Positions 1-10,257 are shown, counted from the stretch's first letter. The stretch: 56,298 nucleotides of DNA from Sandaracinaceae bacterium (GCA_044220955.1 JBGAQA010000039.1:1-56298); one strand, 5' to 3'. Translations and numbers: made by a program. The notes: generated from the letters alone by a model not told the origin.

Positions 1-2
1 GC

Positions 3-3000
3 CTGGGGTCGCGGATCTTCGTGCGCGCCACCGCGCCGGACGGCGCGCCCCGGGCGGGCGTGGCGGTCGCGCTCGAGGCGGGCGCGCTCGGTCCGGCGCG
101 CACGACGACGACGGACGCGGACGGCGTGGCCGCGCTCGACGTCACGCTCGCGGCCACACACGCGGACGCGAACGGATGCGGCGGACCGACCGCCGTGATG
201 GCGGCGCTCACCGTCGACGGGGCGCTGCGCGAGGCGTGCCTCCCGATCGAGCCCGATGCGCTGCTCACCGTCCGCGCCGCGCGGGTCGCCTCCGCGCTGG
301 AGATCACCCTCGCGCGGCGTCCCGAGGCGAGCGGACGCCCCGTCTCGCTCGTGCTGCTGGCGCGCGAGGGCGATGCGTGGGAGCCGCTCGCCCGCGCCGT
401 GATCTCCGGGCGTGCGTCCAGCGCCACACTCGCTCTTCCTCCCCTGGGTGCGGTCCCCCTCTGGGTGCGCGCGCGGGTGGTGGTCGACGGGCAAGAGCTC
501 GTCGGTGGCGGCACGGTGATCTTCTCGGCGCTCGGGCCTCCCATCGCCGCGTTCCGCGCGTCCGCGGAGGGGGCGCACGTCGAGGGCGCGACGAGCGTGG
601 CGCTGCTCGGGCTCGACGCCCCCCTCGCGCCCGCGTTCGAAGCGCGCGTCGACGCGCTGACCACGCCCCTCGGCGGCGCGGTGGCGCGGGGGCGCTCGGC
701 GCTCTACGTGGCCGCGATGGCCGGCGTCATGGTCCCGCGCGACACGGCCGCCGCCGGGGTGCTCCGCGAGGGTGCGGTCGCCCCGCTCTCCATGCCCGAC
801 GACGCGGTGTCGCAGGGCCTGCTGCGCGATCCCTGGCGAACGCGCGCGCGCTTCGTGCGAGGCCGCCTCGGCGCCATGATGCGCGCCGTCGAGAGCCTCG
901 TGGACCAGCGCGTGCCCGACGCGATCGATCAGGTCGGCGTCCTGGAGCACGGCGCATGGCGCTTCGATCGCGAGATGCTCGAGGCCGCGCTCGCGGAGGC
1001 GGGGCTCGGCGACGAGCGGGCCGCCGCGCTCGACGGAGAGCCACTCGACATCGCCGCCCTGACCGCGCTCGACCCGAGCTTCACCTACGACCACGTCGCC
1101 CGCCGGATCACGCGCGAGCGCCTCTTCCGGATGCTCTGGTTCCTCCGTCAGCTCGTGCGCGAGCGTCAGCTCGACCTCGCGTGGGCCCGGCGTGGCGATC
1201 CCGCGGAGTACCCGGTGAGCCTGCTCGACAGCGACATCGGCTGGCAAGACGAGTACCCCGAGCGCGCGCACCTCTTCGACGCTTGGGGACATCCCTTCGT
1301 GCTGGTCCCGGTGCGCGGGCACCCGCGCTTCGACCGCTTCCAGCCGGTTCCCGGCTACGAGCTCGTGAGCGGCGGCCCCGATGGTCGCGTCGGCGACGCC
1401 GACGACGTCTTCGACCCCTTCGCGAGGGTGCTCGCGAGCGGCAGCGTGTACGCGGAGGCCGTGCAGGAGGACGAGCTCGTCGCGCGGCTCGGATCGGTCG
1501 AGCTCGGGCGCGCCACGGTGGAGACGCTCGCGGAGGCCTTCGCGTACTCGCCCGCCGTCGAGTACGACGTCAGCGTCGCGTCCGCGGTGCTCTCGTGGGG
1601 CCGCGAGCCCACCCCGCTCGCGGCCACTCCGGCGCCGCTCGCGCCGCTCCCCACGGTCGCGCGAACCCTCTTCGGCAGCGGCGTGGGCGCGGCCACCGAC
1701 GTCGCCTGGACGCCGCCGCTCGAGCGTCGCGCGTACGTCGCGTACGCGTTGGCGTTCGATCCCTCGGGCGCGATCTCCGCGCGCGCGCTCCCCTTCGAGG
1801 CCGGCTCGCCGATCATCGCTCACGTGGACACGCCGGCGCTCTTGCGCGTGGGCGACGCGCTCCGCGTACCGATCCGGCTGGTGCAGCTCACGGGCGGTAC
1901 GCTCGCGCCGCCGACGGTCCAGGCGACGGCGTCGGGCGTGGCCCTGCGGGCGCACGTCGAGGGAACGGAGCTCCTCGTCGAGGGCGTTCGTCCGGGCACG
2001 TCGTCGGTCGAGCTCGTCGTGCGCGCCGGTGATGCGCCCGTCTATCGCCTCTCGACGTCGCTGCGCGTGCTCCCGACCGGCGCGCTCCGCGCCGCGCACG
2101 TGGGCGCGATGGGCGCGAGCGCGCTCGGCCTCGAGCTGCCCGTGCCGGCGGGAGCCTCCGCGTGGCGCTCGCGCTGGGTGATCGGCGCGCCGACCGCGCT
2201 TCGTCGAGATCCGCTCTTCGCCGAGGGTCCCGGACACGACGCGGCGCTCTCCGCGTGGGCCGACGTGCTGGCAGGCGCCACGCCCGCCGCCGACGACATG
2301 GCCGCGCTCGAGCGCGCCGTCTCGAGCGCGCCGGCCGGGCTGCACACCGCGTGCGCGCTCGTGGCCTGGGCGAGCGCGGGCGATCCCGACCACGATCCAC
2401 ACTTCTGGGCAGCCTCGCGCAGCCTCGCGGACCGCCTTCCGAGCGAGCTCGCGTCTCGCGCCGCGATGCTGGCGGCCCTCGCGCCCACCGCACCGGCGAT
2501 GGGCGACACGAGCGCGGGGATCCCCGCGGTGGTCGCCGAGCTGCGCGAGGACGCATGGCGCGCCCTCGCCACGGAGCGCGATCACCCGGCCACGCTCGCG
2601 GCGATGGCGGCAGCGCTCTTGCTCGTGGATCGCGACGACGCGGTGGCGCGAGCCCTCTTCGAGCGCGCGCGCGCGGCCGCGAGCCCGACCGAGGGCTTCG
2701 ACGACGCGACTGCGCAGGGGCTCGCCGGCACCTTCGCCCTGATCATCGCCGCGCGGCAGATCGACCAGGACGCGCTGGCCGACGCGCTCGCGGATCGCGT
2801 GCTCGCGCGCCTCTACCTCGCCCCGCGGCTCGGCGTGGAGACGGAGTTCTGGGCGCTCGCGGCCTCGAGCTTCGGCGCGCTCGGCGCGGGCACGAGCGCC
2901 ACGGCCACGGTCGAGGTCGACGGGACCCCCCGCGAGGTCTCGCTCGTGAGCGGCGCGGCCGTGCTCGACGACGTCCGCGCAGGCGCGGCGGTGCGCGTCA

Positions 3001-3458
3001 CGGTCCCGGGACGCATGTGGGCCCGTGGTGAGCTGCGCGCCATCGCGCCCTACCAGCGGGAGGACGCCCTGGCGGTCGATCCGCGGATCGAGGGCGAGGT
3101 CGGCCTCCTGGGCGAGCGCGCGGCCCTCGAGCTCGTGCTCGAGTCGACGGGCGACGAGGAGCTGAGCTCGCCGATCGTGGAGATCGCTCTGCCTTCGGGA
3201 GCGCTCCTCGACCCCTCCGCGCGGGCGTCGATCGCGGGCGCGGCAGCCGTGCAGTCGGTGGAGGGGCCCGACGGGGCCGGTGTGCTCCGGCTCCGGCTCG
3301 CCGCGCTGCGCGCGCGCGGCACCTACCGCGTGCCCCTCCCGCTGCGCTGGCGCGCCAGCGGAGTGAGCCACGGCCTGGGCGTGGTGGTCTACGATCGCGC
3401 GGCGCCGTGGGCGATGACGATGCGCGAGGAGCGCGAGATCGAGGTGAGGACGCCATGA
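3..3458 (+). CDS. Alpha-2-macroglobulin-like large secreted protein, 5'-partial, with an internal GspG-like segment
   Basis: The frame is open from the window start. It has A2M-like segments (VDTPALLRVGDALRVPIRL; C-terminal PIVEIALPSGA) and a helical TED-like region. No CxEQ thioester motif is visible. An internal DAWG...LVSGGPDGRVGDADD motif is present. Confidence 0.6.
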   Translation: MGSRIFVRATAPDGAPRAGVAVALEAGALGPARTTTTDADGVAALDVTLAATHADANGCGGPTAVMAALTVDGALREACLPIEPDALLTVRAARVASALEITLARRPEASGRPVSLVLLAREGDAWEPLARAVISGRASSATLALPPLGAVPLWVRARVVVDGQELVGGGTVIFSALGPPIAAFRASAEGAHVEGATSVALLGLDAPLAPAFEARVDALTTPLGGAVARGRSALYVAAMAGVMVPRDTAAAGVLREGAVAPLSMPDDAVSQGLLRDPWRTRARFVRGRLGAMMRAVESLVDQRVPDAIDQVGVLEHGAWRFDREMLEAALAEAGLGDERAAALDGEPLDIAALTALDPSFTYDHVARRITRERLFRMLWFLRQLVRERQLDLAWARRGDPAEYPVSLLDSDIGWQDEYPERAHLFDAWGHPFVLVPVRGHPRFDRFQPVPGYELVSGGPDGRVGDADDVFDPFARVLASGSVYAEAVQEDELVARLGSVELGRATVETLAEAFAYSPAVEYDVSVASAVLSWGREPTPLAATPAPLAPLPTVARTLFGSGVGAATDVAWTPPLERRAYVAYALAFDPSGAISARALPFEAGSPIIAHVDTPALLRVGDALRVPIRLVQLTGGTLAPPTVQATASGVALRAHVEGTELLVEGVRPGTSSVELVVRAGDAPVYRLSTSLRVLPTGALRAAHVGAMGASALGLELPVPAGASAWRSRWVIGAPTALRRDPLFAEGPGHDAALSAWADVLAGATPAADDMAALERAVSSAPAGLHTACALVAWASAGDPDHDPHFWAASRSLADRLPSELASRAAMLAALAPTAPAMGDTSAGIPAVVAELREDAWRALATERDHPATLAAMAAALLLVDRDDAVARALFERARAAASPTEGFDDATAQGLAGTFALIIAARQIDQDALADALADRVLARLYLAPRLGVETEFWALAASSFGALGAGTSATATVEVDGTPREVSLVSGAAVLDDVRAGAAVRVTVPGRMWARGELRAIAPYQREDALAVDPRIEGEVGLLGERAALELVLESTGDEELSSPIVEIALPSGALLDPSARASIAGAAAVQSVEGPDGAGVLRLRLAALRARGTYRVPLPLRWRASGVSHGLGVVVYDRAAPWAMTMREEREIEVRTP

Positions 3459-3619
3459 GGTGGCTCGTGTGCGTGGTCGTCCTGGTGGCGGCGACGGCCT
3501 GCGGCGGCGCACCCGCCGTCTCCCCCGCCGCACGCCCTCGACAGGGCCCGGACGTCGTGAGCGCGGAGTGGACGAGCGGAGACGACGCCGTGCTGGAGGC
3601 CCCGCCCTCACCGAAGTGA
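3455..3619 (+). CDS. Small lipoprotein (54 aa)
   Basis: ATGA overlap with the upstream stop; signal peptide MRWLVCVVVLVAATAC ends in a lipobox-like Cys. Confidence 0.5.
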   Translation: MRWLVCVVVLVAATACGGAPAVSPAARPRQGPDVVSAEWTSGDDAVLEAPPSPK

Positions 3620-3682
3620 GCCGAGGCGCGATCGGCGGCAGGCCCTTGGCCTTCCGCCCGCGGCGTGCGATCAACACCGGCG

Positions 3683-5212
3683 ATGTCCGAGCCCACGGCC
3701 CCTCCGCGCGCCTACACGCTCGGCCTGCTCGCCGCGACGTTCCTCGCCGGTCTCGTCGTGATGGCGCTCGAGCTCGTCGCGTTCCGGCTCTACGCGCCGC
3801 ACTTCGGCTACTCCGAGGACGTGTGGGGCTCGATGATCGGCGTCGTCCTCGTCGCGCTGACGCTCGGCTACGCGCTCGGCGGGCGGCTCGCCGACCGGAG
3901 CCGGGACGCGGCCCCGCTCTTCGTGGCCATCGCGGCGAGCGCGATCTACCAGGTGGTGCTCCTCGGGGTGGTGATCGACTTCCTCGAGTGGTGCGCAGAG
4001 CTGCCCCCGCGCACGGGCCCGGTGGTCGCGACGCTCGTGATCTTCACGGCGCCGATGACGCTCCTCGCGATGACCGGGCCCTACGTCACGCGTCTTCTCG
4101 CGCGCGCGTCCGCGCTCGGGACGGTCGCAGGCAACGTCTCGGCCATCTCGACGGTCGGGAGCATCGTCGGGGTGTTCGGCACGAGCTTCTGGTGCGTGCC
4201 GACGTTCGGTGTGCGCGCGACGCTGATCGCCTGCGCCGCCCTGAGCGGAGCGATCGCGCTCGCGGGCCTGGCCCTCATGCGCCGCAGGACGGCGCCGCTC
4301 GCGCTGCTGCCGCTGGTGCTGGTCCCGTTCCTTCCGCCCTTCGGCTGGGGGGAGAACACGATCTACGTGCGCGAGTCGGAGTACAACCTCGTCCGCGTCT
4401 TCGAGCGCAACGGTGTCCGCTTCCTCGCGCTCAACGACGAGCGCACCGCGCAGACCATCCGGCCGGTCGACGGGGGCCTGGGCCACCGCTACTTCGACCT
4501 CTTCATGTTCGGCCCCGCGCTCGCGCACGGCGATCGCACGCTGGTGCTCGGGATGGGCGCTGGCGGCAGCGTCTGGGCCACGCGTCTGGCCGCGCCGACC
4601 GCCGAGATCGACGCGGTCGAGATCGATCCCGAGGTCGTGCGCGCCGCCACGCGCTTCTTCGAGCTGCCGACCGACGGTCGGATGCACGTCCACGTCGCCG
4701 ACGCTCGGCGCTACCTGCGGGACACGCGCGCGACGTACGACGTCGTGCACGTGGACCTCTACCAGGGCGGCAACGTCCAGCCCTTCTATCTGGTGACCGC
4801 GGAGACGTTCGCGCGCATCCGCGCCGTGCTGCGCGACGACGGCGTGATGGTGATGAACGTCTACGACGGCGCGAGCTCGCTGCGCCTGCTCGCGTCGGTC
4901 GCGCGGACCATCCACGAGTCGTTTCCGTCGCTCTACGTCATCGACGCAGGCCTCCGCAACCACGTGGTGTTCGCGTTTCCGCGGGAGACCAGCCCCGACG
5001 ACATCGAGGCGCGGCTCTCGCGCGACCTCGAGCTCGAGGGCATGCCGCACGTCGCGGCAGACTTCGTCCACAAGGAGCGCGGCGACTTCGAGGCGATCTC
5101 GATCGACCGGACCGCACCGATCTTCACGGACGATCTCGCGCCCGTCGAGCAGATCACGCGGCAGATGATCGACGAGCAGCGCCGCGAGTCGCCCCCGCGG
5201 CCCCGCACCTGA
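3683..5212 (+). CDS. Fused membrane domain / spermidine synthase-like SAM-dependent transferase
   Basis: N-terminal multi-TM region (LVVMALELVAFRLYAPHFG), followed by LVLGMGAGG, VEIDPEV, HVADARRYL and IFTDDLAPVE. Confidence 0.85.
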   Translation: MSEPTAPPRAYTLGLLAATFLAGLVVMALELVAFRLYAPHFGYSEDVWGSMIGVVLVALTLGYALGGRLADRSRDAAPLFVAIAASAIYQVVLLGVVIDFLEWCAELPPRTGPVVATLVIFTAPMTLLAMTGPYVTRLLARASALGTVAGNVSAISTVGSIVGVFGTSFWCVPTFGVRATLIACAALSGAIALAGLALMRRRTAPLALLPLVLVPFLPPFGWGENTIYVRESEYNLVRVFERNGVRFLALNDERTAQTIRPVDGGLGHRYFDLFMFGPALAHGDRTLVLGMGAGGSVWATRLAAPTAEIDAVEIDPEVVRAATRFFELPTDGRMHVHVADARRYLRDTRATYDVVHVDLYQGGNVQPFYLVTAETFARIRAVLRDDGVMVMNVYDGASSLRLLASVARTIHESFPSLYVIDAGLRNHVVFAFPRETSPDDIEARLSRDLELEGMPHVAADFVHKERGDFEAISIDRTAPIFTDDLAPVEQITRQMIDEQRRESPPRPRT

Positions 5213-5242
5213 CCGGCCCCGCACCTGACCGGCCGCGCACCT
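5198..5242. repeat. 16-bp tandem repeat CGGCCCCGCACCTGAC, about 2.8 copies, spanning the stop codon
   Basis: Exact copies at 5198-5213 and 5214-5229, and a degenerate third copy from 5230. Confidence 0.8.
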
Positions 5243-5265
5243 CGGCGTGCCGGGCCCCTGTGTGC

Positions 5266-5279
5266 TTGCGCCGCGTCAA
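5266..5279. promoter_or_regulatory. FNR/FixK-type box TTGC-GCCGCG-TCAA upstream of the GMC oxidoreductase
   Basis: Matches TTG(A/C)-N6-(T/G)CAA; centred 40.5 bp before ATG 5313; CAAGCT lies 6 nt before the ATG. Confidence 0.7.
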
Positions 5280-5312
5280 CCGTCACGCACGCCCCGCGCG
5301 CAAGCTCACGTG

Positions 5313-7181
5313 ATGTCGCGTCGTGTCGCACTCGCCCTCGTGGAGGCGATGTTCCCGTCCGGGCAGCTCGTGCAAGGGGCGGATGAAGCCACGCTGCGCC
5401 ACGTCGAGGCGGTGATCGGGGCCTCGGGCCTCGCGCCAGCGCTCCTCTTCCAGCTGGCGGTACGCGCGCTCGACCTCTCGGCGCGGGCACGGACGGGCCG
5501 CTCGTTCGCCGACCTCGACCGCGCGCGTCAGCAGGCCTTGCTCGAGGCGTGGGCGTCGGGTGGGCCGATCGGGCCGGTCGCCTCGCTGGTCGGGATGATC
5601 GTGAACCTCGCGCACCTCGACCGTCCGCCGATCCGCGCCGCGCTCGAGTCGCGCGCCCGCGAGCCGCGTCCCGTGGCGGACGAAGCAGCGCCGCGCGGCA
5701 TCATCGACGCGACGGAGCTCCCCGAGGACGAGATGGAGTGCGACGTCGTCGTCGTCGGCACCGGTGCGGGCGGCGCCGTCGCGGGGACCGAGCTCGCTCA
5801 GCGCGGACACGCGGTGGTCTTCATCGAGGCCGGCCCCTACCGGGGCCGCGCCGCGTTCGGGGGCGCGGCCCTCGAGGCGTACGGGTCCCTGTACGCGAAG
5901 GCCGCCATCGCGATCGGCGATCCGCCGATCCCGATCATGTCGGGGAGCCTCGTCGGTGGCTCGACCGCGATCAACACGGGGACCTGCTTCCGTCCCCCGG
6001 ATTGGGCCCACGCGCGTTGGGTCGCGCAGGCGGGGGACCCCGCGCTCTCGCTCGACGCCCTCGCGGCCGACTACGACGCCGTGGAGCGGACGCTCGACGT
6101 CGTGCCTTGCACGCGGGGCCTCGCCGGGCCCATCGCCGACGTCCTCGGGCGAGGCTGCGAGGCGCTCGGCCTGCCGCACGGGCCGACGCGACGCAACGCG
6201 CGCGGCTGCGACGCCCAGGGCTTCTGCGACTTCGGCTGCGCGCGCGGGGCCCGCCGGTCCGTGGATCTCGCGTACCTGCCCGCTGCGCTCGCGCGCGGTG
6301 CGGTCGTGCTCACGGGCGCCTCCGCGGAGCACGTGATCATGGAGGGCGGCCGTGCCGTCGGCGTGCGAGCGCGCACGCGCACGGGGCGCTCGATCTCCGT
6401 GCGTGGGAGGGCCGTGCTCCTGGCGGCCGGCGCGCTCCGGACGCCCGGCGTGCTGGGGCGCTCGGCGCTGGCCAGGCCGCTCCCCGCCCTCGGCCGGCAC
6501 CTGCGGCTGCAGCCGAGCGCGGGGATCGTCGGCGTGATGAAGGAGCGCATCGACGGGTTCTCGCGCGTCGCTCAGGGCTGGGCGTCGGACGGCCTGCTCG
6601 CGGCAGGCATCCTGATCGTCGCGGCACAGCACGACGCGAGCCTCGCGGCGACGGTCCTCGGGCTCACCGGGGAGCGGCTGCAGTCCGCCCTCGACGAGGC
6701 ACCGCACGCGGCGTCGCTCGGGGTGCTCGCCGCCGATCTCGACTCGGAGGGCACCATCGCTGCGGTCTGGAGCGGACATCCCGTCGTGCGCTACCGCCTC
6801 TCGCGCGAGGATCGGCGGCGTCTCGAGCAGGGCCTCGCCAGCGCCGCGCGCGTGCTGCACACCGCGGGAGCTTCGCGGCTCGTCCCGCTCGTCGACGGTG
6901 CCCAGGTCTTCGACGGGGCGCGGGGCTATCGCGCCCTCGTCGGCGGAGGCCTCGCGGGGCGTCGCATGCGCCTGGTGAGCTTCCACCCGATGGGGACCGC
7001 GCGCATGGCCCGGCGCGCGCGAGACGGCGTCGTGGACGCCGAGCATCGCGTGTTCGGGGCGCGGGGCCTCTACGTGGTCGACGCGAGCGCCATCCCGGGC
7101 CCGCTCGGCGTGAACCCTCAGCTCGCGATCATGGCGATGGCGCGTCGCGCGTCGCGCGTCGTCGACGCCGAGATCCGCTGA
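5313..7181 (+). CDS. GMC family FAD oxidoreductase (long-chain alcohol oxidase-like architecture)
   Basis: DVVVVGTGAGG, VGGSTAINTG, CDAQGFCDFGC, HPMGTARM, GLYVVDAS, GVNPQLAIMA. Confidence 0.9.
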   Translation: MSRRVALALVEAMFPSGQLVQGADEATLRHVEAVIGASGLAPALLFQLAVRALDLSARARTGRSFADLDRARQQALLEAWASGGPIGPVASLVGMIVNLAHLDRPPIRAALESRAREPRPVADEAAPRGIIDATELPEDEMECDVVVVGTGAGGAVAGTELAQRGHAVVFIEAGPYRGRAAFGGAALEAYGSLYAKAAIAIGDPPIPIMSGSLVGGSTAINTGTCFRPPDWAHARWVAQAGDPALSLDALAADYDAVERTLDVVPCTRGLAGPIADVLGRGCEALGLPHGPTRRNARGCDAQGFCDFGCARGARRSVDLAYLPAALARGAVVLTGASAEHVIMEGGRAVGVRARTRTGRSISVRGRAVLLAAGALRTPGVLGRSALARPLPALGRHLRLQPSAGIVGVMKERIDGFSRVAQGWASDGLLAAGILIVAAQHDASLAATVLGLTGERLQSALDEAPHAASLGVLAADLDSEGTIAAVWSGHPVVRYRLSREDRRRLEQGLASAARVLHTAGASRLVPLVDGAQVFDGARGYRALVGGGLAGRRMRLVSFHPMGTARMARRARDGVVDAEHRVFGARGLYVVDASAIPGPLGVNPQLAIMAMARRASRVVDAEIR

Positions 7182-7219
7182 CACTCGTTCCGGCGCTCGG
7201 GTCTGCCCCGGCCCACGCT

Positions 7220-10213
7220 TCAACGCAGATCGACGGGATCGGTCAGCCGCGCGCGATCGGTCGAGGCTCCGCTGATCACGTCCAGGGACACGGCGACGTC
7301 CAGCTCGCGACCGCTGATCGAGCCGTGGCAGCCGCCGCAGAGGCCGTTGAAGAACTGCCGCGGGACCGAGCGGGTGATGCGCTCCCCCGGGTAGTACTGC
7401 TCGGCCTCGCGCTGCACGAGCCGTCCCGTGAAGGGCATGTTCACGTCGAAGTCGAGCGGGTGACCGGCCGCGTCCGTCGGCGCGAACATCAGGGGCGTGC
7501 CGCCGGGCAGACGGATGCGCGCCGAGCCGTCTTCGAGCAGCATCACGACACCGAGGCTGCGCCGGTCTCGCCAGAAGCGGCCGCGCGTGTCCGTCACGAC
7601 GCGGTCGGGCGGCAGGTCTTCGAAGCGCGTGATCCCGGCCGGCGGTGGCTGCGGCGTGAGGATCTCGATGCCACCGATCCGGTCGTCGATCGGCCGGAAG
7701 GTTCGCGTGTTCGTGAACATCAGCGACTCGATCATCGGGAAGTCGGTGAAGCGGACGACGGCGTCGGTCGCGCCCGGCTCCATGATCGGGTGGTCGATCT
7801 CGCGTCCGTCGCTCCGCGCGATCGATCGATGCGAGCGCGCGAACAGTGCCACGGCCTCGATCTCGGCGCGGCCGGGCACGGCGGCGAGCGTGCGGACGTC
7901 GCCCGTCTGCGGATCGAGCTCGCACAGGTCGAAGTCGCTGGGTGCCGCCGCACCTGCGCAGGAGACGAGGATGCGCCGGTTCGGCAGGGGCGAGGGTGAG
8001 CGGAACACGCCCGCGGGCATCATCCGCAGCGAGTGCACGTACGCGCGGTCGGCCGGATCGCGATCGGCCTGATCCGGACCGATGCTGCGGTCGAACACGG
8101 CGATCGCTCCGGCACCGTCGGCGGTGTCGAGCTCGGCCGCGACGAAGGCGAAGCGGCCGTCGATCAGCTCGACGACCTCGGTGGCGCTGTCGAACCCGAG
8201 GCTGTCGCGCGACGCGTAGAGAGGATGGTAGTCGCCGCCGTCGAGCAGCTGGCGTCGGAGGGCCAGGACGTGGAAGTCGTCCGCGCGCTTCTCGGTGGTG
8301 TAGATGACGTGCCCGTCGCCCATGAACGAGGGCGCGAGCTCCTGATCGAGCAGGAAGGTGAGCTGTCGGACGCTGCCGCTCGCGGGATCGAACACGAAGA
8401 GGTTGGCGTTCGGCTCGAGGCGCGCAGGCGTACGGGTCGGCCCGGGCGAGACGAGGTCGGCGCGGTCGAGGTCGCCGCGCGTGGAGACGAAGACGATCGT
8501 CCCGTCCGGCGCGAAGGCCGGGTCGAGATCGTGGGTGAGGATCCCATTCGCGCGATCGACCGCGGCCGCGACGCCCGGGATGGGCTCGCAGCCTCCGCCG
8601 GTCGCGTCGGCCCAGTAGAGGCGCGCAGGTGCCCCCTCCGACGTCCGCACCGAGAACGCGATCCGGCTCCCGTCCCAGGAGGTCGCGGGCCCTCGCACGT
8701 CCGCGCTCGCCACGTCGAGGCCGCAGCCGGCGAGCAGCGACGTGCTCGGGCCGAGCGAGAGCGCGCCCGTGGCGTCGAGGCTCGCGTCGGCGAGCCGCAG
8801 ATCGGCGCCGGGCCGGTAGACGTCCACTTCGGTCGGTCGACCGACGCCCGAGGGTCGCTCGACGTAGAGCACGCCGTGCGGCGCAGGGCTCGCCTGCACC
8901 TCTCCGCGGGCGATCGCCTCCGCGCGCTCCAGCGCGTGCCATCGCGCGATGACGCAGTACGACGGGACCACGTCGAGATCGCCGTGCTCGACGTCGAAGT
9001 CGGCGCAGCGGTCCCGGCCCTCGTCCTCGAAGAGCGCACCGCCGCGGTGCGTGATCCCCTCGCCCGCGCCGCCGGCGCCCGGGGGGAAGAGGTTCTTCTC
9101 CACCAGGCGACTGTGCCGCGGGTCGTCGGACTCGAGCGATAGGAACGCACGCGCGAGCGCGTAGTTGCGACGCCGAGCGAAGGTCGAGAACGCTCCGCCC
9201 GAGCCGCCGCGGAGCTGGAAGCGCAGGCCGATCGGCGAGTGGCACCCGAGCACCATGCAGCCCTCGCGCACGAACACCGGGATCACCCGGTTGGCGAAGA
9301 AGCGATAGCCGGGGCTCGCGTCCGCCTCGCGGTAGTGCGCGGGATCGCTGGCCACCGTGCTCGCGGCCCAGTCGCGGATGTGCATCCAGGCCGAATCGCT
9401 CGTGCCCTCGAAGATCGCGCCGCCGCCGTGGAACGTGCCGCCTCGATCGGCCGGGAGCGGCCGCCGGAGCAGCTCGCTCCGCTCGACGGGATCGCCGAGG
9501 AACTGCGTCGCGATGAACCAGTTCCAGCGCTGCTCGGTCGTGTCGTCGCCGCACGCCAGGTGGAAGTCGGCCAGCGCCGCGCCGTGGCAGGCCGCGCTCG
9601 AGCAGCGCGCGCGGAGGATGGGGGCGACCTCGCTCTGGAAGCGGTCGAACGACGCGGCGTCGCTCGGCGCGGTCCCCGGGTCGAAACCCGCGGCGGTTCC
9701 CGCCCCGGCGACGCACGACCCGTCGCCCGTGGTCGCGCGGGCGCGCGGCACGCCGGTCCGCGTGTAGCCCGCGGCCAGCCACTGCCGGAGCAGGCGGTCC
9801 GTCGTCGAGCCCTGATCGATGATCCGGCCTCCGGCGTGCCGGATGTCGACCGTCACCCGGACGGAGCGCTCGTCGGGGCGGAGCGGATCCGGCGCGTCCA
9901 GCGTCTCGACGTACACCTGCGGCGCGGGCCCCGTCTTCAGCAGCAACGTCGGGACCGGGTAGGGCCCGTAGGTCGCGAGCAGATCCTGCCGACGCATGAG
10001 CGCGTCGTAGCTGGTGAGGTCGAGGTTGCCCGGCGCCTGGCCGCCATCGTCACCGACGTGGCAGCCGCCAGCGTTGTGCAGGCAAGATCCTTCGATGACC
10101 GGCGCGATCTGGTCGTCGAAGTACGACCCGTCCGGCGGCAGCTCCGGCTCGCACCCTGTGATCAAGAGCCCGCTGACGGCGAGCCAGGCGAGACCCCGCG
10201 GCAAGCGCTCCAC
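7220..10213 (-). CDS. Lipoprotein with cytochrome c-like motifs, a TolB/PD40 propeller and a hydrazine synthase alpha-like C-terminal domain
   Basis: Lipobox LLITGC; CX6CH, CX4CH, CX4CH and CGGCH motifs; PD40 repeats (SWDGSRIAFS, DLDPAFAPDGTIVFVSTR); EDGSARIRLPGGTP...PGE...CGGCH. Confidence 0.7.
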   Translation of the reverse strand: MERLPRGLAWLAVSGLLITGCEPELPPDGSYFDDQIAPVIEGSCLHNAGGCHVGDDGGQAPGNLDLTSYDALMRRQDLLATYGPYPVPTLLLKTGPAPQVYVETLDAPDPLRPDERSVRVTVDIRHAGGRIIDQGSTTDRLLRQWLAAGYTRTGVPRARATTGDGSCVAGAGTAAGFDPGTAPSDAASFDRFQSEVAPILRARCSSAACHGAALADFHLACGDDTTEQRWNWFIATQFLGDPVERSELLRRPLPADRGGTFHGGGAIFEGTSDSAWMHIRDWAASTVASDPAHYREADASPGYRFFANRVIPVFVREGCMVLGCHSPIGLRFQLRGGSGGAFSTFARRRNYALARAFLSLESDDPRHSRLVEKNLFPPGAGGAGEGITHRGGALFEDEGRDRCADFDVEHGDLDVVPSYCVIARWHALERAEAIARGEVQASPAPHGVLYVERPSGVGRPTEVDVYRPGADLRLADASLDATGALSLGPSTSLLAGCGLDVASADVRGPATSWDGSRIAFSVRTSEGAPARLYWADATGGGCEPIPGVAAAVDRANGILTHDLDPAFAPDGTIVFVSTRGDLDRADLVSPGPTRTPARLEPNANLFVFDPASGSVRQLTFLLDQELAPSFMGDGHVIYTTEKRADDFHVLALRRQLLDGGDYHPLYASRDSLGFDSATEVVELIDGRFAFVAAELDTADGAGAIAVFDRSIGPDQADRDPADRAYVHSLRMMPAGVFRSPSPLPNRRILVSCAGAAAPSDFDLCELDPQTGDVRTLAAVPGRAEIEAVALFARSHRSIARSDGREIDHPIMEPGATDAVVRFTDFPMIESLMFTNTRTFRPIDDRIGGIEILTPQPPPAGITRFEDLPPDRVVTDTRGRFWRDRRSLGVVMLLEDGSARIRLPGGTPLMFAPTDAAGHPLDFDVNMPFTGRLVQREAEQYYPGERITRSVPRQFFNGLCGGCHGSISGRELDVAVSLDVISGASTDRARLTDPVDLR

Positions 10214-10257
10214 GCGGCACCTCCACCTGCACCATGCTCGCTCTGGTCTGGCGGCGG

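Noticed and set aside
3455..3619. Small ORF as a RiPP precursor for the rSAMs
   Set aside because: It looks like a lipoprotein coupled to the A2M-like gene, lies 10 kb from the nearest rSAM, and no RRE or peptidase-transporter is evident.
5283..9782. 1499-aa ORF on the - strand
   Set aside because: Arg/Ala/Pro-rich shadow frame overlapping two well-supported genes, as expected at very high GC.
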